From the NCBI GenBank assembly GCA_047967505.1, contig CM106538.1: a stretch of 64,000 nucleotides of DNA, one strand, 5' to 3'. This document shows, one piece after another, positions 57,601 through 64,000 of the stretch (position 1 is the stretch's first letter; each line of letters starts with the position of its first letter). Below the pieces are notes generated by a model. That model did not search any database. It had not been told where the DNA came from and saw only the letters and a list, made by a program, of their open reading frames with translations. The DNA comes from Dipteris shenzhenensis. Its lineage: Eukaryota. Position numbers and translations under genes: made by a program.

Positions 57601-60600
57601 CATGTGACTCATAGTGACACATCATCATTGAGCACCATTTGCACTCCTTTTGCCCCTCCACCTAGATCAAGTCATATCTCTTGATCCAGGAAGAATTTGA
57701 GGGTGCTCCAAAAAGGAAAGTCGCTTGTTTTTTTGTGCTCTACATGCTCATCACATCATGCACACATTTCGGCACAAGTTATACTCACATTTGAGCCTCT
57801 CCGACAAAACCACTTCCTTCATGCACATTTGCCTCTACATCGACGCATCTGACCCAGCACTTAAAAAGAACAAAAGAAAAGGAATTATTCGATGTTCTTT
57901 CATCGATCGACGGTTGGTTTAGATCTAGATCAGAGTAGACTAGATTGCCATAGAAGGGATGCTTTGAATTTCCCCAAGTTGCCAATCTAAGCCATGCCCA
58001 AAATTCCCGACTAGTACCTACTCGAAATCAGTCCATATGCTCACATACGGATTCACATCATTACATTACCTGAAACCTTACATTCATCAGTTCAGTGAGC
58101 AGACTTCATAGAGTACAGAGGCATTGCAGATTGTTTCAATGGGCAGATAGCATTTGATTTCACACACACATGCCAACATTGTAAAGCCTATTTGGCTATC
58201 TCACGGCATCATGCACATCATTTCAGCCTTGTAAAGCCTCTTGGCTATTCCTGGCATCATTGCCACAAGCCTTGTAATACAGATCAAATTTTATATAATG
58301 CAGTTCTATCTTCACCAACGGTTCAAAGATTTCACTTGGCATATTGAGTGTATTTGCAGTTGATTCATACAAATATCTTCACGACACTTTTGAGTACATT
58401 TCTTGCACCATGTGGACTAGCAACCTCAATCTGGAGGCATCTGCTAAGTTAGACAACTCCCATTACGGTACATGGAAATATTGAATGGAGACCATTCTTG
58501 TACTTCAGGACAAATGGGAGTATGTCTATGGGTCTACACCTAGACCATTGGCCGATCCACCTACCAGTAGCTCTACTCCATCTCTTGTCAGAGCACCAAC
58601 AACGGGATCTACATCTACACAAACAGCAGTTTCCGCACCAGTAGCAGATCCTACCATTGCCCGAGCTCAGCAGGCAGAATGGGATAAGAAAGACAAGTAT
58701 GCCTATCACCTGATCAAGTAGAATGTGCAAGATGTAATGCTAGGACAACTCAACACAGTCAAGACATCAAAAGAAGCATGGGATATGGTCACAGCTCTCT
58801 ACGAGTCCAAGAACACATCCAGGATTCTCATCCTGAGAAACCAGATCAACCAGAGTTTTCGCAACAGCAGTGAAACCAGTCATGCTTATGTACTCCGCAT
58901 AAAAGACTACAACAATCAACTTGCAGCAGTAGAAGAGACTATGAACCCTGCAGAAATGGTTCAAGTCATTCCGAACAGACTAGGAGAGGGATACGAGAAT
59001 GTAGTCCAGAGTATTACCATCCACAACGGCAAATTTTGACACTGGAAGTACTTCAATCAATCCTACTTGGTGAAGAACTAAGGACTCAGGCAATTCAAGC
59101 ACGTAAAGGTCATTCTAATGATCAGGCATTCACAGCTTCAGACAGAAGCAGAGGCAAAGGCAAAGGCAGAGGTAGATCATATCAAAAAAGTGGTCGTCAT
59201 CAGTAACAAAATCAAAATCAGCATCAGCATCAACATCATCCTCAACAACATCAAAATCAACAAAGAGGAAATCATTCCAACCGAGGAAGATTTCAAGGAT
59301 GAGGGAATGCATCCACCAACATGTCCAACATTCAGTGCAGCAAGGGACACTATGAAAGAGATTGCCGCAAGAAGTAGTACGACCAAGGCGGTCAATCCAG
59401 CAGTAATCGAGGAAATTCTTGAGGTAGAGGAAATCATCATGGTGGACATTCTAGTCACAGTCATTTTGCAAATGAACATGGAAATATGTTTCTTGCAAGC
59501 AAGAACTTGCATTAGACTAATACAGTGTACCTAGACGTGTACCTAGACACTGATTTCAATCCCAAAGAGGATTACAGCTATCAAGTCGACCAAGTGGAAC
59601 AAGATCCTTGGTACATTGACAGCGGTGGATCATCTCACATGACAAATCATCAGGAATGGTTCACAAAAATGAAGCCATTAGAAGGACAGAAAAATTTCAT
59701 CTACATAGCAGACAATACACCGAATCCAGTTCAAGGGACAGGTGTTATCCCTATGAACAATTTCACTGGTACAAAAGGATTGGTCAAAGATGTGCTCTAT
59801 GTTCCGAAGCTCAGCAAGAACCTTTTGTCAGTAGGTCAAATGACGGAACACAATTACAAAGTCATCTTCGACGGTGATGAATGCACTATCAGAGACAAAT
59901 CCAAAAGATGCTTATATAGAATGCTAGCCACGGTACCAGATAAGCATGCCATGTCAGCTCAACCGCAACAGATGCCACTATCTGCAAAATGGCACAAGAG
60001 ATATGGTCATGTCAACTTCAAGTACTTGTTAGATCACAGGAATCAGAATATGGCAATTGGGATTCCGAAGCTACAGTCTCTTAGAAAGGTTTGCGAAGCA
60101 TGCTGCTTCAACAAACAAAAGCGAACCAACTTTGTCAGAAGTACCTCTCGTGCACAAGGTATTCTTGATTTGATACATACAAATGTATGGAGTTATGCCT
60201 AGACCCGCAGCATCAATGGTTCACTTTATTACTTGACTTTCATCGGCGACTACAATAGATATTGTTGGGTCTACTTTCTGAAAGAGAAATCTGAAGTGTT
60301 TTCCACATTTCAAGAATTCAAAGCCATGGTAGAAAACCAGACAGGCAGAAAGATCAAGGTCATGAGATCAGATAGAGGAGGTGAATACATGTCTTCAGCA
60401 TTCATGAACTTTTGCAAAAATCACGGCATTCGAAGACAATTCACATGTGCAGATACTCCTTAGCAGAATGCAAGAGCTGAAAGGAAAAATGGGACTTTAG
60501 CAGACAGTGCTAGAGCAATGCTTAGTGAAAAGCATCTTCTGAATGAGTATTGGGCAGAAGCAATAGCTACAACAAACTATTTGCTTAATCGGCTTCCTAC

Positions 60601-61196
60601 CGAACCGATACAAGGTATGACTCCTTATAAGCATTCACTAGACAAAAGCCACACATTGGGCATCTCCGCATATTTGGTTGCATAGCATATGCCCACATAC
60701 ATGATGATAATCGTAGAAAATTGGATGCGAAGTCATGCAAATGCATCATGGTTGGCTACAGTGAAGAAAGCAAAGCATACAAATTGTATGATCCCATCAA
60801 CCGCAAAGTCATTATCTCCAGAGATGTAATCTTTGATGAGGAATCAGAATGGAAAACCTCACCTACTCAGGAGATAGAAGCATCGACTTCATAGTCATCG
60901 ACAAAACAGGTTGATGAAGAAGAGCAAGAATTGCTAGCAACACCCCAAGCAGAGTTACAGCAGCTCAGATGGTCTACTAGGGAAATCAGACCTCCAGCCA
61001 GATTGACATATGCTCAAAAAGGCAAAGCAATTCAGGTGGAAACCACCAACTATGCTCTTATGACTACCATCATGGCTACAGAAGAGCCAATGTACTTCGA
61101 AGACGCATTCGAAGACGCAGTAGACAAGCCAAAATGGCAAACTGCTATGAATGAAGAAATGGATGCTTTGTATAAAAATAACACTTGGGAATTATG

Positions 61197-62190
61197 GGGT
61201 GTGATTTTTTAGTGAGCTTTTTGTCATGAGCTTTTTTTCAATTTTCATGAATATTGCGAGCTTTTCATTCACCTGAGAGAGAGAGAGGGGGGGGGGTCAT
61301 GGAGTGGGGTGGGTTGAAAGTTTGGGTTGTGGTTGTAGTTAAGAGGAGAGAGGGGGGGGAGGGGAGATAAAGGAAAGAGGGAGGGACGGGCGCATGGGTA
61401 AGGTGGCATGGAGAATGGAGGGGAGGGGAGTTGGAACATATATTCATTATCATAGTGGATAACGTAGAGGGGGAACTTATAAGATATGAAAAGAGGAGTG
61501 CAAGGAGGAGAGAGAGGATGAGGAATGTGAAAGTTATGTTCATCTACTAAATGTAAAGGGGAAGGGAGAGCATGTGGGAAATTTGTTTATTTTCAAAGTA
61601 TATAATTTGACAGATTTGACCTCATATGTGGATTCCTCGTCGAATTCCGGTCATTTTGAGTACCAACATGACCATATTCTGATAAAAATTGGAAAAATGG
61701 TGTTTTTGTCATTTTGGCCAGTTTGGGGCCTGTTTTGAGTCTGCGCTAGACTCAAAACAGGCCCCAAACTGGCCAAAATGACAAAAACACCATTTTTCCA
61801 ATTTTTATCAGAATATGGTCATGTTGGTACTCAAAATGACCGGAATTCAACGAGGAATCCAAATATGAGGTCAAAAGTTTCAAATTATACACTTTTAAAA
61901 TGTACATATCTCCCATAGTTCCTCCCTTCTACTTTGAATATGGACATATCTTCCATAATTTTTTGCCTCCTACTGCCACTCATATCCTCCCCCCCCTTGT
62001 GCATAGTATACACTCTTCCACCCCTCCCACATGCTATGAAAATGAACATATCCTATATTCTCTCCCCCTCTTTCTAACCTCCCCATCTTTCTTATAACAA
62101 AAACATGTATGGATTTCTAAAAAAAGCTCACAAAAACAAAGGAAATGGTAAAAAAGCTCACATTAAAAAGCTCGCCAAAAGATTTCCCCC
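61197..62190. mobile_element. 994-bp non-autonomous Mutator-like (MULE) element inserted in copia A RT
   Basis: 9-bp TSD ggaattatg at 61188-61196 and 62191-62199; GGG...CCC termini with an imperfect ~26-bp TIR and repeated gagctttt/aaaagctc subterminal motifs. Empty sites in copies 1 (~21506) and 2 (~48718). Confidence 0.92.
61615..61875. repeat. Near-perfect hairpin with 128-bp arms and a 5-nt loop
   Basis: Arms 61615-61742 and 61748-61875 around loop gcgct; 2 mismatches seen. It extends imperfectly to ~61601/61889. Confidence 0.96.
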
Positions 62191-64000
62191 GGAATTATGC
62201 GACCTTCCACCAGGAAAGAAGCCCATAGCAAAAAAATGGGTATACAAAGTGAAGTACAATCCAGATGGCAGTATTCAGAGATTTAAAGCCAGATTAGTTG
62301 CAAAAGGATTTGCACAACAATATGGTCAAGACTATGATGAGACTTATGCTCCAGTAGCAAAGATGGATTCCATACGGTTCTTGATATCGCGACACTCAAT
62401 AAATGGAATGTGTATCAGCTCGATGTCAAGAATGCATTTCTCAATGGTTACCTAGATGAGGAAGTCTACATGCAATAGCCAGCAGGTTATGTTGAACCAG
62501 GAAAGGAGAATAAGATTTGCCATCTCAAGAAAAGTCTCTATGGCTTAAAGCAAGCACCCAGAAGTTGGTACAACAGAATTGACAAGTATTTTGCTGATCT
62601 GGGATACATGAAGTCTAATGCAGATCATACTCTCTACTACAAAGTTCAAGGAGAAGACATTACTATTGCACTTTTGTACGTAGATGATCTGATTGTGACA
62701 GGAAGTAAGGATAGCTTCATCAGAAAATTAAAACAAGACTTATCTACAGAGTTTGACATGAAGGATCTTGGACTTATGCACTATTGTCTTGGAATTGAGT
62801 TCTAGAGAGATTCTTTGAGAATTAATTCATGATGGTGGTGGCTCTCATTAGCTACATTTGTTGTGGCTAAGATTCCACCCAGCTGGTAGTTAATTATCAG
62901 CCACCAAAGTGCCACCACATGGCATCTTCTTCATGATTACTAGCCCCCTGTCTGGGGTGGCACCTAAGATTCCACCGTAGTGGCCTGCAATTAATATGGA
63001 TGGAACCCCAGCAAGCTCCAGCCACTACAGTGGCTCAAAATTTATAATATATATAAGATCTAAGGAATTGGGCATTTTACAATGTTGCTCTGATCCGCCC
63101 ATGCTCTACTACTTTGCTCCACACACTCTGCTACTTTGCTCCACACCCCTCCTCTAGATCTTTTCTACCCCTGCTCTACTTTGCTCCATGCTCCCTCCTC
63201 CAACTCTCATCACTCATCTGCTCCCCTTCTCACCCACTCATCTTCAACATGCTCAATACCACCCCCCCTCGATGCTCTGTGATCCCAATGTTATCTGCCT
63301 TCTCATATAAGGTGATTGTGTTGCACTCACCTGGAGTAGAAATGCTAGCACTAGTGGAGACCCTTCGTTCCCACAGTCGATTCCCCACACATCTACATGT
63401 CACCACCTTAGATGACATGCTCATAGAGGGCCTCTTTATGGATGTGCTATATGGGTTCCCCCTAGATGTCGACGAAGGCCTTAGTATTTTCAGAGCAGAG
63501 TACTCTAGACTTGTTGGGGGGGCCATAATCCGAGTCCTGGCAATGTGCATGGTCTTTGGCCTCTCCATCGTATCCTCCTTTGGCTTCCTAAAACAAGGTA
63601 AACTGGTGGAAAATTGAGTCGTACAAATTCCCCCTTGCTTAGATGAGGCTCTCAGCAATGGCTCGATGTAATCTTCTGGGTTCTCAACGATCTTTTGGCT
63701 CACTGGATGTAATGTTGTGGTCTCTAAGGCATTCATGTAATCTCTTTTTGTTCAATTTGAGGCTCTCAATATGCACAGTTGTTAACTTTTATATTTTGAA
63801 TGGTTATGGCTGCTACCTGTAATCTTTTGGCCTTTAAGGCTCTCAGCAATTGTCGAGTTTTTATAAATGTAAGATCCTCTGTTCAATTTTTACTCAGTAT
63901 AAGTTGATAATTTTTATATAACCTATTATTGGATGTAGAGGTACATTGTAATCTCTTTTTCTTAATTTTCACTCGAGAAATTGTACTTTTGCCCTCATTT

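Larger units (their letters stand above)
55501..62805 (+). mobile_element. Copia family A copy 3 (longest leader), interrupted by a MULE-like element; 3'-truncated
   Basis: LTR 55501-55828, PBS 55829-55840, gag ATG at 58410, same motifs and same YCLGIEF* end at 62805. The leader contains a gccacatcatc repeat cluster at ~57180-57630. Confidence 0.9.
52735..64000 (+). repeat. Copy 3 (partial) of the large tandem segmental repeat
   Basis: Collinear with copies 1 and 2. It has a ~620-bp deletion near 53505, the longest copia A leader, and a MULE-like insertion at 61197. Confidence 0.93.

Overview
Repeat-only eukaryotic region with no intact host gene. It looks like a land plant, probably fern-like, judging from Ty1/copia elements with tRNA-iMet PBS and CG/CHG decay (inference). 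The window holds three head-to-tail copies of a ~14-kb ancestral block, starting at 1, 32046 and 52735 (the third is cut by the window end). The block consists of dead TE pieces: a degenerate minus-strand ORF, a DDE-transposase-like exon, a 3'-truncated copia element (family A) and a double hairpin. Each copy later gained its own insertions, and sister copies show the empty sites for most of them. (i) A 13.6-kb TIR element at 2661-16300 carries a ~6.8-kb satellite of ~720-bp units built from nested palindromes, with a central loop present in both orientations. (ii) Two full-length copia family B elements lie at 25498-31029 (+) and 41371-46889 (-). (iii) A very young 2.2-kb non-autonomous LTR element at 32371-34592 has only a 131-aa ORF that starts with a CCHC zinc knuckle. 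(iv) A 248-bp MITE has an 8-bp TSD. (v) A 994-bp Mutator-like element has a 9-bp TSD and a near-perfect internal hairpin with 128-bp arms. All coordinates and counts were made by eye; no searches were run.
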